Assembly (NCBI GenBank): GCA_045628545.1
Contig: JAZQPI010000064.1
Location: 1-61,866, forward strand
DNA length: 61,866 nucleotides
Reading direction: 5' to 3'
From: Kiritimatiellia bacterium
Lineage (GTDB): Bacteria; Verrucomicrobiota; Kiritimatiellia; RFP12; UBA1067
Numbering within the stretch: the stretch's first letter is position 1; every line of letters starts with the position of its first letter. The position numbers and the translations under genes were made by a program. Below are positions 26,040-35,357 of the stretch, piece after piece. The notes under the pieces were generated by a model. The model made no database searches, was not told the DNA's origin, and saw nothing but the letters and a program-made list of their open reading frames with translations.

Positions 26040-26048
26040 AGTATATCA
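26040..26048 (-). promoter_or_regulatory. Extended -10 box (tgatatact) upstream of tRNA-Glu
   Basis: Minus strand TGaTATACT, 20 nt before the mature 5' end. No convincing -35. Confidence 0.35.
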
Positions 26049-26086
26049 AATTACCCACCTCTTCCGCAAGTGCAAATCTCCGCCGC

Positions 26087-27511
26087 TCAGCGGACGATGG
26101 CCTTGCGGGCCTCGGCGAGGTCGGCGAATTCGCCTGCGGCGATCATCTGGACGATGAGGTTGCCGATAGCCGTGCCTTCGATCGGTCCGGTGAACACCTC
26201 AAGCCCCGTCGCGTCGGCCGTCAGGGAGTTCAGATACTGGTCCTGCGAGCCGCCGCCGACGATGTTGAGCGACGTGTAGATCTTGCCGGTCAGGTCGGAC
26301 AGGTTGCGGATCGCGTCCGCATAGCACTGCGCCAGCGACTTGTAGACGCACTGCATCAGCTCGCCGACGGTCTTCGGAGCCGGACGGCCCCCTTCCGTCG
26401 CCGCGGCGATGACCGTGCCGATCATCGAATCGGGATTCATGAACCGCTGGTCGTTCACGTTGATGATGACATTGTAGGAGTCCTCGCCGCGCGCGATCAT
26501 CGAAAGCTCGCCGAAGGAGTACTCGTGCCCCTTCTCGTAGTCCTTCAAGAGCTTCAGCGCCTCCATCGTCGCGTCCGCGCTCTTCCCCTCGACGTACTTC
26601 ACGCCGTTCAGTTCGCGGCGGATGGACTGGATCATCCACAGGCCCATGATGTTCTTGAGGTAGCGGTAGCGTCCCCAGGCGCCGCCCTCGTTCGTGAAGT
26701 TCGCGCGGCAGCTCTCAGGTCCCGTGATCGGAATCGAATTCTCGACGCCCAGCAGCGACCAGGTGCCGCTCGACAGGTAGACCGCCTTGTCGTCCCGCGC
26801 GGGAACGGCCAGATACGCCGAACCCGTGTCGTGCATCGCCGGCAAGACGACCTTGACGCCGCGATAGGTCCCGACCGTCGCGCCGGGCATCTCCAGCTTG
26901 CCGAAAATCCGCCGCGGCAGGCCGAGCATTTCGATCAGTTCGCCGTCCCACTGCTTCGACTCCGCGTCCACCAGGCCCGTCGTGGACGAATCGGTGTATT
27001 CGTGGACGATGTTGCCGGTCAGACGGTAGTTGATGTATTCCGGCACGGTCAGGAAGTGCGCCGCCTCCGCCAGCTGTTCGGGGTGCTCCTTCTTGAGCGC
27101 CCACAGCTGGTAGATCGAGTTGTAGGTCGCCTTCTGAATGCCCGTGCGCGCATAGAGCCGCTCGAACGACAGGACGTCCCGCTCGATCTCCTCCGCCGCG
27201 CCGGCCGTGCGCTCGTCACGATAGGCCACCGCGTCGGAACAGCGCTCGCCCTTCTCGTTCAGCAGCACGAAGTCGACGCCCCAGGTGTCGATGCCGATCG
27301 ACTCGATTTCGCCCTTCGTCATCGCCTCGTCGATGCCGGCGCGGACAGACTCGACGAGCTTGTCGATGTCCCAGCAGTCGTGCCCGTCCTTGCGGATCTG
27401 CCCGTTCGCGAAGCGGTAAACCTCCTCCAGTTCGATCTTGCCGTCCTTGACGCAGCCGAGGATGTGACGGCCCGAGCTCGCGCCGATGTCAATTGCCAGG
27501 AACTTTTTCAT
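26087..27511 (-). CDS. rhaB: FGGY-family sugar kinase, rhamnulokinase-like
   Basis: AIDIGASSGR, IGIDTWGVDFVLL, YLSSGTWSL, TNEGGAWGRYRYLKNIMGLW and IVGGG. Collinear with my recollection of E. coli RhaB. Confidence 0.85.
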   Translation of the reverse strand: MKKFLAIDIGASSGRHILGCVKDGKIELEEVYRFANGQIRKDGHDCWDIDKLVESVRAGIDEAMTKGEIESIGIDTWGVDFVLLNEKGERCSDAVAYRDERTAGAAEEIERDVLSFERLYARTGIQKATYNSIYQLWALKKEHPEQLAEAAHFLTVPEYINYRLTGNIVHEYTDSSTTGLVDAESKQWDGELIEMLGLPRRIFGKLEMPGATVGTYRGVKVVLPAMHDTGSAYLAVPARDDKAVYLSSGTWSLLGVENSIPITGPESCRANFTNEGGAWGRYRYLKNIMGLWMIQSIRRELNGVKYVEGKSADATMEALKLLKDYEKGHEYSFGELSMIARGEDSYNVIINVNDQRFMNPDSMIGTVIAAATEGGRPAPKTVGELMQCVYKSLAQCYADAIRNLSDLTGKIYTSLNIVGGGSQDQYLNSLTADATGLEVFTGPIEGTAIGNLIVQMIAAGEFADLAEARKAIVR

Positions 27512-27549
27512 GTTCTATTTTCCTTTCTGTTATGCAAGTGAAGCGTTGG

Positions 27550-28815
27550 TCAAAGCGAAAGATACCGCCGGGCGTTCCCGCAGGAGACGTCCTCGACGAC
27601 GCGGCCGAGCCAGTCGAGATCGTCCGGCAGTTCGCCGCGCTCGACCTTGCCGCCCAGGAGCGAGCAGAGGATGCGGCGGAAATACTCGTGACGGGTGTAG
27701 CTGAGGAACGACCGCGAATCGGTGAGCATGCCGATGAAGTTCCCGAGGCAGCCGAGCGCCATGAGGTCCTCAAGCTGCGCCTCCATGCCGCGCCGGTGGT
27801 CGTTGAACCACCAGGCCGCGCCGAGCTGCAGCTTGCCGGCGGCGGGCCCCTTCTGGAACGAGCCGATCAGCGCGCCCAGCGCCGGCGTGTCGGACGGATT
27901 CAGCGAGTAGACGACCGTCTTCGGCAGCAGGTCCTCGCGCTCCAGCCGGTCCAGCAGCGTCGCCAGCCGGCCGATGCCTCCCGCATCGCCGATCGTGTCG
28001 AAGCCCGTGTCGGGGCCGAGCGTCGCGAACGCGGCGGAATTCGGATTGCGTATGCAGTTGAAGTGGAGCTGCGAGACCCAGCCGGCGCGCGCGTCGAGTT
28101 TCATGCACTCGACGACGAAGTCCGCCAGCCGTCCTTCGGGAATCTCGTTAAGCCCGTAGTCCGCCAGCACGCAGCCCCGGCGTTCGAAGTAGGCGTGCCG
28201 CTCGGCCAGATGGCCCATCGGATCCGTCCCCTTCGCCACCGCCTCCTTCAGGATGCGGTCGGGCCGCCAGGTCGGAAGGACCTTGACCTCCGGGAAGTCC
28301 GTCGCGAGCGCGGCGTGCCAGGCGAGGTCGTCGTCCGGATCGTCCGTCGTGCAGACCGCGGCGACGTTCGACTTGCGCATCAGCGACCGCGCCGAGAAGT
28401 CCGGCGCGGCGATGGCCGCGTTGCACGCCGACCAGATGCGCTCCGCCGACGCGGAGCAGAGGCGTTCGTCGATTCCGAAATAGCGGCTGAGCTCGAGGTG
28501 CGACCAGTCGAAAAGCGGATTGCCGACGAGCTTCTCCATCGTCGCAGCGAACGCCAGGAACTTGGCGTGGCCGTCCGCCTTGCCGGTGCAGAGCTCCTCG
28601 GCGACGCCGTTCGAGCGCATCTGCCGCCACTTGTAGTGGTCGCCTCCGAGCCAGACTTCGGCGATGTCGCGCCAGTGGCGGTCCTCGGCGATTTCGCGCG
28701 GCGGCAGATGGCAGTGATAATCGATGATCGGCTGCTTTTCGGCGTGCTCGTGATAGAGCTCGCGCGCCGCGTCCGTGGTGAGCAGGAAATTCTTGTGGAT
28801 AAACTTGTTTTTCAT
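27550..28815 (-). CDS. uxaC: Glucuronate isomerase
   Basis: IIDYHCHLPP, GDHYKWR, GMLTDSRSFLSYTRHEYFRRILC. ATG at 28815 inside the longer ORF. Confidence 0.95.
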   Translation of the reverse strand: MKNKFIHKNFLLTTDAARELYHEHAEKQPIIDYHCHLPPREIAEDRHWRDIAEVWLGGDHYKWRQMRSNGVAEELCTGKADGHAKFLAFAATMEKLVGNPLFDWSHLELSRYFGIDERLCSASAERIWSACNAAIAAPDFSARSLMRKSNVAAVCTTDDPDDDLAWHAALATDFPEVKVLPTWRPDRILKEAVAKGTDPMGHLAERHAYFERRGCVLADYGLNEIPEGRLADFVVECMKLDARAGWVSQLHFNCIRNPNSAAFATLGPDTGFDTIGDAGGIGRLATLLDRLEREDLLPKTVVYSLNPSDTPALGALIGSFQKGPAAGKLQLGAAWWFNDHRRGMEAQLEDLMALGCLGNFIGMLTDSRSFLSYTRHEYFRRILCSLLGGKVERGELPDDLDWLGRVVEDVSCGNARRYLSL

Positions 28816-28820
28816 TTTGG

Positions 28821-29561
28821 TTACTCCTCTGAAATCGACGGTGCGGCCGAGGCCTGCACGGACGGGTCGCGCGGCGGACGCTCGAAGGTGACGGACCAGG
28901 GTCCGTTCGCGCGCCAGCACTCCCGAACCGCCTCGACCGTCGGCTCCACGTAAAGCGGCGTCGCCTGATGGCGGAACCACGTGTCCTGGCGCTTCGCGAG
29001 CTGGCAGGTGCGCGTCAGGATCTTCTGCCGGTCGTCGCCTTCGCGATAACCGATGGCCGCCGCGGCCGTGCGCGACCAGCGGGGATAGCGTTCGCGGAGC
29101 CGTCGGCGCTCGGCTTCGAGTCCCGTCAGATACATGTCGTCAAGGCGCGCGGCGATCCGTTCCCGGACGACCGCGCGGTCGATCTTGATGACGGGGTAGG
29201 CCGGCGGCGGCTTCTCCCAGCGGCGGTCGAGTCCGCGCAGCAGGGCGGAAAAGTAGAGGCCGGTGCCGCCGACCACGATCACGGGGACTTCGGCAGGGAC
29301 GGTCTCGGCCCAGTCCGCCGCCGCGCGCAGCCAGGCGCCGGAAGAGAACTCCTCGGCCGGCGTGACGAGATCGACGCCGCCCATGTGGAATTCAGCGCGT
29401 TCCACCGCGGAAGGCTTGGCCGTGCCGACATCCATGCCCTGGTAGACGTTCATCGAGTCCGCGCTCAGAATCCAGGCGCCCATCTCCCTGGCGAGCGCCG
29501 CCGCGATCGCGCTCTTGCCGCTTGCGGTCGGTCCCGCCAGAAGATAGGCCATCCGCCTCAT
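28821..29561 (-). CDS. miaA: tRNA dimethylallyltransferase-like protein (short MiaA, 246 aa)
   Basis: P-loop GPTASGKS at residues 10-17, DSMNVYQGMDVGTAKP, VGGTGLYFSALL, TRTCQLAKRQDTWF. The central insertion domain appears to be missing. Confidence 0.8.
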   Translation of the reverse strand: MRRMAYLLAGPTASGKSAIAAALAREMGAWILSADSMNVYQGMDVGTAKPSAVERAEFHMGGVDLVTPAEEFSSGAWLRAAADWAETVPAEVPVIVVGGTGLYFSALLRGLDRRWEKPPPAYPVIKIDRAVVRERIAARLDDMYLTGLEAERRRLRERYPRWSRTAAAAIGYREGDDRQKILTRTCQLAKRQDTWFRHQATPLYVEPTVEAVRECWRANGPWSVTFERPPRDPSVQASAAPSISEE

Positions 29562-29569
29562 GCCGCGTG

Positions 29570-30412
29570 TCAGACGCCGGAATAGCAGACGAAGCCGCCG
29601 TCGACCGGCAGCGTGACGCCCGTGATGAAGGAGGCCTCGTCCGACAGCAGGAACCGCGCCGCGCCGTGGAGGTCGCTCGGCTGGCCGAACTTGCGCATCG
29701 GGGTCTTGGCGATCACCTTGTTGCCGCGCGCGGTCAGCGTCTTGCCGTCCTTCTCCAGCATGAGGAAGCGGTTCTGGTTCGTGATGAAGAAGCCCGGCGC
29801 GAGCGCGTTGACGCGGATGCCCATCGGCGCGAGGTGCGTCGCCAAAAAGCGCGTGAAGTTCATGATGCCGGCCTTCGCGGCACCATAGGCCGCCACCTTC
29901 GTCAGCGGCTGGTAGGCGGCCATGGAGCAGAAGTTCAGCACCGCGCCGCCGCGCTTGAGCATGGACTGGCAGAAGACCTGGCACGGCAGGATCGTGCCGA
30001 CGAGGTTCAGGCGGTTGACGAACTCGAAGCCCTCGGCGGTGAGTCCGAAGAACGTGTCGTCCAGCGGCGTACCCTTCGTCATCTGCTCGGCGGGAGTCGT
30101 CCCCTTCGGATGGTTGCCGCCCGCGCCGTTGATCAGCACGTCGATGCGGCGGAAGCGCTTGAGCACGACCTTCTGCGCGGCTTCGAGCGACGCCTTGTCG
30201 AGGACATTCGCCTCGACCGCGATGACCTCCTTGTAGCCCTTCTTCACGAGTCCGGCGACGAACTTGTCGGCGACCTCCTTGCGCAGGTCGAGCACCGCGA
30301 CCTTCGCGCCGTGCGCCAGCAGGTCCTCGGTCATCGACGAGCACAGCACGCCCGCGGCGCCGGTCACCACGCAAACCTTGCCTTCGACACCCTTGTCCTT
30401 AACGATTTTCAT
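29570..30412 (-). CDS. uxuB: SDR-family oxidoreductase, probable D-mannonate/fructuronate oxidoreductase
   Basis: VTGAAGVLC, NGAGGN and YGAAK catalytic motifs. Located between uxuA and uxaC. Confidence 0.7.
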   Translation of the reverse strand: MKIVKDKGVEGKVCVVTGAAGVLCSSMTEDLLAHGAKVAVLDLRKEVADKFVAGLVKKGYKEVIAVEANVLDKASLEAAQKVVLKRFRRIDVLINGAGGNHPKGTTPAEQMTKGTPLDDTFFGLTAEGFEFVNRLNLVGTILPCQVFCQSMLKRGGAVLNFCSMAAYQPLTKVAAYGAAKAGIMNFTRFLATHLAPMGIRVNALAPGFFITNQNRFLMLEKDGKTLTARGNKVIAKTPMRKFGQPSDLHGAARFLLSDEASFITGVTLPVDGGFVCYSGV

Positions 30413-30454
30413 TTCGATCCTTTCTGGTCTGACTTTTATTGATCACGAAAGTTT

Positions 30455-31630
30455 TCAGAAGCGGAGCTTCGGATAGGCGGACTTAAGCCCGATTTCGAGT
30501 CCGCGCAGTTCGGCGAGGCCGATCAGGCGTCCGCCGTAGCTGTAGCCGCAGTAGCAGGAGCGGCCCTTGTCGATCTCCATCAGCCGTCCGTGGTCGGGAC
30601 GCACGACGATCTGCTCGCCGCGGCGCTTCTCCTCCTTGAGGAACTCCAGCATCAGCTTCGGCAGGTCGGTCTTGCCGACGAGGTGGCACTGCGACTCGTG
30701 GAAAACGCCGTCTTCCTCGTATTCGAGGTTGCGGAAGTGGCAGAAGAAGACGCGCTTGGCGAACTCCTTGAAGATCGCCACCTCGTCGTTGCCGAGACTG
30801 CCGCCGAGCGAACCCGTGCAGAGCGTGAGGCCGACGTGCTTCGAGGGGCACTTGCGGCACATCTCGCGGATATCCGCCGCCGTCGAAAGGACCCGCGGCA
30901 GGCCGAAGATCGGATGCGGCGGATCGTCCGGATGGATGCACATGTCGACGCCGCACTCGTCGAGCACGGGCGAAATCTCGTTGAGGAAAGCGTACATGTT
31001 CGCGCGCAGCGTCTTGTCGTCGATGCCCTCGTAGCTCTTGAGCTGCCGGAGGAATTCCTTCGGAGTGAGGTCGTCGACCGTCCCCGGCAGGCCGGTGAGG
31101 ATCGACTTCTCGACGCGCTTGCGCTGCGCGGGCGTGTAGCGCGCCCAAAGCTTCTTCGCCCGGGCGCGGGTCTTGGCGTCAAAGTCCTTCTCGGCCCCGG
31201 GGCGCTTCAGCGAGAAGAGGTCGAACGCCGCCACCTCGTATTCGTTGTAGCCGAGGCACGTCGACCCGTCGGGCAGCTCGTAGGCGAGGTCGCTGCGCGT
31301 CCAGTCCAGGATCGGCATGAAGTTGTAGCAGACCGTGCGAATGCCGCACTTCGCCAGATTGCGCAGCGTCTGCTTGTAGTTCTCGACGTACTTGCGCCAG
31401 TCGCCCGAACGCCGCTTGATGTCCTCGTGCACGGGAACGGACTCGACGACCGACCATGTCATGCCGGCGGCGGCGACCTTCTTCTGCCGCGCCTTGATCT
31501 CGGCCACGGGCCAGACTTCGCCCGGCCGCCGCTCGTAAAGCGCGGCGACGATGTCCGTCACCCCCGCCTGGCGGATTTCCTTGAGGGAGATCGCGTCCGC
31601 GTCCCCGTACCAGCGCCAACCTTGTTTCAT
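30455..31630 (-). CDS. uxuA: Mannonate dehydratase
   Basis: MKQGWRWYG..., a full-length UxuA-like TIM barrel sequence. Confidence 0.93.
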   Translation of the reverse strand: MKQGWRWYGDADAISLKEIRQAGVTDIVAALYERRPGEVWPVAEIKARQKKVAAAGMTWSVVESVPVHEDIKRRSGDWRKYVENYKQTLRNLAKCGIRTVCYNFMPILDWTRSDLAYELPDGSTCLGYNEYEVAAFDLFSLKRPGAEKDFDAKTRARAKKLWARYTPAQRKRVEKSILTGLPGTVDDLTPKEFLRQLKSYEGIDDKTLRANMYAFLNEISPVLDECGVDMCIHPDDPPHPIFGLPRVLSTAADIREMCRKCPSKHVGLTLCTGSLGGSLGNDEVAIFKEFAKRVFFCHFRNLEYEEDGVFHESQCHLVGKTDLPKLMLEFLKEEKRRGEQIVVRPDHGRLMEIDKGRSCYCGYSYGGRLIGLAELRGLEIGLKSAYPKLRF

Positions 31631-31659
31631 GCTTTAGGTGTTCCTTTCTTGTAATGCCG

Positions 31660-33678
31660 TCAGACGCGCGCGAGGACCGTCGCGGTCCGCGCGGGCAGAT
31701 AGAGCCGGATCTGCTGGACGAGCTCGTCGTGCTCGCCGTCATGCACGAGCGTCGGCGCATAGGGCTGGCCGGCCCGAATGCGGCCCTGCCCGCCGAAGCG
31801 GACCTCGTCCGTGTCGAAGAGATGCCGCCATTCGGTCGCCGGCGGCACGATGACGCCGTAGTCGGTGAACGACTGCGTCGGATTGAAGTTGAAGACGAAG
31901 AGGAGGTTGCCGCGCAAAAAGGCCAGCACCTTGTCCGGCTCGTTGGCGACGAGCTTCGTCGGAATCGCCTTGAGCGCGCCGCCGCCGAAGAGCGAGCGGC
32001 CGCGGGCGATTTCGTTGATCATCGTCTCGTCGAAGTCCGCCAGCGCCTTGAAGCGGAGGTTCTCGTCGTCGCGGAGCGACCACTGCCGCCGCGCGTGGTG
32101 GTAGCTGTTGCCGTTGCCCTCGCGCGGGAAGTCGATCCACTCTGGATGGCCGAACTCGTTGCCCATGAAGTTGAGGTAGGCGCCGCCTGAAAGCGCACAG
32201 GTCGCGAGGCGCGCCATCTTGTGCAGGGCGATCGCGCGCTCGACTTCCAGCCCGTGCTGGTCCTTGCCCATGCCCCAGTAGATCGCCGCGTCCGCCAGCT
32301 GGAAGAAGAACGTCTTGCCGCCGACGAGCGCCTGGTCGTGGCTCTCGACATAGGAGACGACCTTCTCCTCGGCGCGGCGGTTCGTCAGCTCGTAGTAGAT
32401 TCCGCCCATGGGCCAGTCGTCGTCACGGACCTTCTCGGCCAGCTTGAACCAGAAGTCCGGCTCGCCCATCGCCATGCGGTAGTCGAAGCCGATGCCGCAG
32501 TCGGTCGCCGGCGCGGCGCAGCCGGGCATGCCGCTGACGTCCTCGGCGATGGTGATCGCGCCGGGATGCGACTCGTGGATGACGCGGTTGGCCATCTGCA
32601 GATAGCACCAGGCGTCGTCGTCCATCGAGCCGTCGAAATACATGCCGTAGTTCGAGAAGCCCGTCCCGAGGCCGTGGTCCCAGTAGAGCATCGAGGTCAC
32701 GCCGTCGAAGCGGTAGCCGTCGAAGCGGTACTCGTCGAGCCAGAAGCGGCAGTTCGAGAGCAGGAAATGGATGACGTCCGTCTTGCCGTAGTCGAAGCAG
32801 CGGCTGTCCCAGGCCGAATGCCAGCCCTTGCCCCCGCCGTGGAAATACTGGTAGTCCGTCCCGTCGAACCGCGACAGCCCGTCGCGCTCGTTCTTGACCG
32901 CGTGGCTGTGGACGAGGTCCATGATGACGCGCAGCCCCATCCCGTGCGCGGTGTCGATGAGCGACTTGAGCTCGTCGGGCGTGCCGAAGCGGGAGGACGC
33001 GGCGAAGAAGCTCGAGACGTGATAGCCGAAGCTGCCGTAGTACGGATGCTCCATGACCGCCATGAGCTGGACGACGTTGTAGCCGGCCTTCTTGATGCGC
33101 GGCAGGATGCGGTCGCGGAACTCGGTGTAGGAATGAAGCCGCTCCTCCTCGCCGGCCATGCCGACGTGGGCCTCGTAGATGAGCGGCACAAAGCCGTCGT
33201 CCTTCGCGGGCGCGGGATGACGCCACTCGTAGCGCGACTCGTAGACCTGCGCGCAGAAGAGGTTGGTCTCGGGGTCCTGCACGACATAGCGGGCGTAGGC
33301 GGGGATGCGCTCTCCGTGCCCCCCTTCCCAGCGGACCTCCAGGCGGTAGTTGTCGCCGTGACGGATGCGCCTAGAGTCGACCTTCAGCTCCCAGACGTTC
33401 CGCCCCGGCAGCCGCATGCACTCGAAGCGCGGGTCGATCTTCCATTCCGAAAAGTCGCCCACCAGCCACATCGACGTCGCGTTCGGGGCCCATTCGCGGA
33501 ACACCCAGCCGTCGTCCGTGCGGTGCAGGCCGTAGTATTCGTGCGCCGACGCCCATTGCGCCAGCGTCTGCGCGTCGCCGGAGAGCTCGCGCGCCCTGGC
33601 GAAGGCGTGCGCGGCCCTTCCGCGGATCGCCCCCTCGTAAGGGGCGAGATAACTGTCGTCGAGAAGATGATGCGCCAT
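31660..33678 (-). CDS. glgB: 1,4-alpha-glucan branching enzyme (GH13)
   Basis: GH13 motifs DLVHSH, GYRFDGVTSM, IAEDVSG and YVESHDQ. The ATG at 33678 with SD ggagga is preferred over the GTG at 33702. Confidence 0.92.
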   Translation of the reverse strand: MAHHLLDDSYLAPYEGAIRGRAAHAFARARELSGDAQTLAQWASAHEYYGLHRTDDGWVFREWAPNATSMWLVGDFSEWKIDPRFECMRLPGRNVWELKVDSRRIRHGDNYRLEVRWEGGHGERIPAYARYVVQDPETNLFCAQVYESRYEWRHPAPAKDDGFVPLIYEAHVGMAGEEERLHSYTEFRDRILPRIKKAGYNVVQLMAVMEHPYYGSFGYHVSSFFAASSRFGTPDELKSLIDTAHGMGLRVIMDLVHSHAVKNERDGLSRFDGTDYQYFHGGGKGWHSAWDSRCFDYGKTDVIHFLLSNCRFWLDEYRFDGYRFDGVTSMLYWDHGLGTGFSNYGMYFDGSMDDDAWCYLQMANRVIHESHPGAITIAEDVSGMPGCAAPATDCGIGFDYRMAMGEPDFWFKLAEKVRDDDWPMGGIYYELTNRRAEEKVVSYVESHDQALVGGKTFFFQLADAAIYWGMGKDQHGLEVERAIALHKMARLATCALSGGAYLNFMGNEFGHPEWIDFPREGNGNSYHHARRQWSLRDDENLRFKALADFDETMINEIARGRSLFGGGALKAIPTKLVANEPDKVLAFLRGNLLFVFNFNPTQSFTDYGVIVPPATEWRHLFDTDEVRFGGQGRIRAGQPYAPTLVHDGEHDELVQQIRLYLPARTATVLARV

Positions 33679-33708
33679 GCCGAACGTCCTCCGATTTTCC
33701 ACCGCGGG

Positions 33709-35211
33709 TCAGTCCTGCTTGACGAGCGGCCGCTGGAGCATCCGTTCGTAGAGCTGGATGTACTCCTGCGCGCAGACCGTGTGGTTGAAGCGCTGGAGCG
33801 AATCGGCCATGATGCGCCGGACTTCGCGTTCGCGCATCCAGTCCGGCTGATGGAAGAACTCCATCGCCTGGTCCATCGCCCAGAAGAGTCCGCCGGAATC
33901 GTAGGTGTCGAAGATGAAGCCGTTGCCGCGCGAGGCGTTCCAGTCGAGCATGTCGACCGTGTCGTGGAGACCGCCCGTGTTGTGCACGACCGCCAGCGAC
34001 CCGTAGATCGGCGCCTGCATCTGCGGCAGGCCGCACGGCTCGAAGAGCGACGGCATGAGCGTGAAGTCGCTGCCCGCGAAGCCGAGCTGGGAGAGGCGGC
34101 CGTCGAAGTTGTGCACGCCGAGGCGCGAATGGATCTGATGGAACTCGCGAATGTCCCAGAACGGCTGCTGGAAGGGTCCGTTCGCGATCACCGCCAGCTG
34201 CGCGTCGGGATGCTTCTCGAGGAAGCGATAGGCGATGTCGGCCAGCAGCTGCGGCCCCTTCTGGACGGGGTCGAGGCGGCTCGGCCAGAAGAAGAGCGCA
34301 CGGTCGGCGTTCTCTTCGAGCCCCAGCGCGTGCTGGAGCGCAAGCTTGTTCTGGCGCTTCATCTCGCGGTGGTTGTCGGGACCAAACTTGAACGGGATCT
34401 TGTCGTCCGTCGCCGGATTGTCCACCGGGTCGGGCGCGTTCAGAATGCCGCTCGCGCAGCCCGCGTTGAACTTGTTGCGCATCTCGTTGCGGATCGAGTC
34501 CGGCACGAACGAGTGCCAGCCGTTGACGATCTCCTGCAGGAAGGTCGGCGAGACGGTGTTGATGAAGTGCGCGGCGAAACAGCCGGACGCCTGCAGGTCG
34601 ATCGCGTTGCCGTTGCGGCTCTCCTCGTAGTTGTAGGGCGGATAGCTGAAGTAGAGGTGCTGCCAGAACTCCGCCGCGTCGATGCCGGCGTCCTCGATCT
34701 GCGCCAGCGTGAGCTTGTGGGTGTGGATGTTGTGGACGGTGAAGAGGCAGGGGATGCCCATGCGCCGCGCCGCGGCGGGGATGAGGCCAGTCATCCAGTC
34801 GTTGCAGTGGATCAGGTCCGGCTGGACGTGCGGGATGATGTTGTTGATGACCTCGCGCTGGAAGGCGAGCGCCAGCCGGAGGTTGCCGTCGCCCTGCGAG
34901 TAGACGGTGTCGCGGTAGTAGAAGCAGCGGTCCTCGGCCAGATGGATGCGCTCGTCGGAAAGATGGCTCTTGTACTTGCGCAGCTCGTCGGCGACCAGCT
35001 GGGCCGTCTCGACATGGAACATGCGCCGGTAGTGCGGCAGCGCGACATGCACGTCGGCCCCGAGCTGGTAGAGCGCGGAGGTCAGCGACGCCGAGACGTC
35101 GGCCATGCCTCCGGCCTTCGCCGACATCTTGCCGGCCAGGTTGCCCATGCCGTCGGGCAGATAGGTGATCTCCGGCGTGACAATCAGAATCCGCGGTTTA
35201 TCTTTCGACAT
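33709..35211 (-). CDS. glgA: Glycogen/starch synthase (GT5)
   Basis: KAGGMADV, PSLFEPCGL, TGGLHDTV. Confidence 0.92.
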   Translation of the reverse strand: MSKDKPRILIVTPEITYLPDGMGNLAGKMSAKAGGMADVSASLTSALYQLGADVHVALPHYRRMFHVETAQLVADELRKYKSHLSDERIHLAEDRCFYYRDTVYSQGDGNLRLALAFQREVINNIIPHVQPDLIHCNDWMTGLIPAAARRMGIPCLFTVHNIHTHKLTLAQIEDAGIDAAEFWQHLYFSYPPYNYEESRNGNAIDLQASGCFAAHFINTVSPTFLQEIVNGWHSFVPDSIRNEMRNKFNAGCASGILNAPDPVDNPATDDKIPFKFGPDNHREMKRQNKLALQHALGLEENADRALFFWPSRLDPVQKGPQLLADIAYRFLEKHPDAQLAVIANGPFQQPFWDIREFHQIHSRLGVHNFDGRLSQLGFAGSDFTLMPSLFEPCGLPQMQAPIYGSLAVVHNTGGLHDTVDMLDWNASRGNGFIFDTYDSGGLFWAMDQAMEFFHQPDWMREREVRRIMADSLQRFNHTVCAQEYIQLYERMLQRPLVKQD

Positions 35212-35275
35212 TCTCTAACTTCCTTTCCCTTGCAAAAGACCAGACGCAGAAGTTTGACCTCTGTGTGTATTAAGT

Positions 35276-35304
35276 ATTATAGCAGAAAACGCCGAGCATT
35301 GCAA
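35276..35304 (-). promoter_or_regulatory. Sigma70-like promoter for glgA (-35 TTGCAA, 17 nt, TGcTATAAT)
   Basis: Minus strand ttgcaa-N17-tataat with TG extension, about 65 nt upstream of the glgA ATG. Confidence 0.55.
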
Positions 35305-35357
35305 AAAAACTTGTTGGGACCCAAAACAGGCAGGCAATGGACGATGGGGCGGGATTC

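Noticed and set aside
28821-30374. 517-aa minus-strand ORF suggesting a much longer MiaA
   Set aside because: The upstream 270 codons overlap uxuB in another frame. The MiaA P-loop sits 10 residues after the ATG at 29561, as in normal MiaA N-termini.
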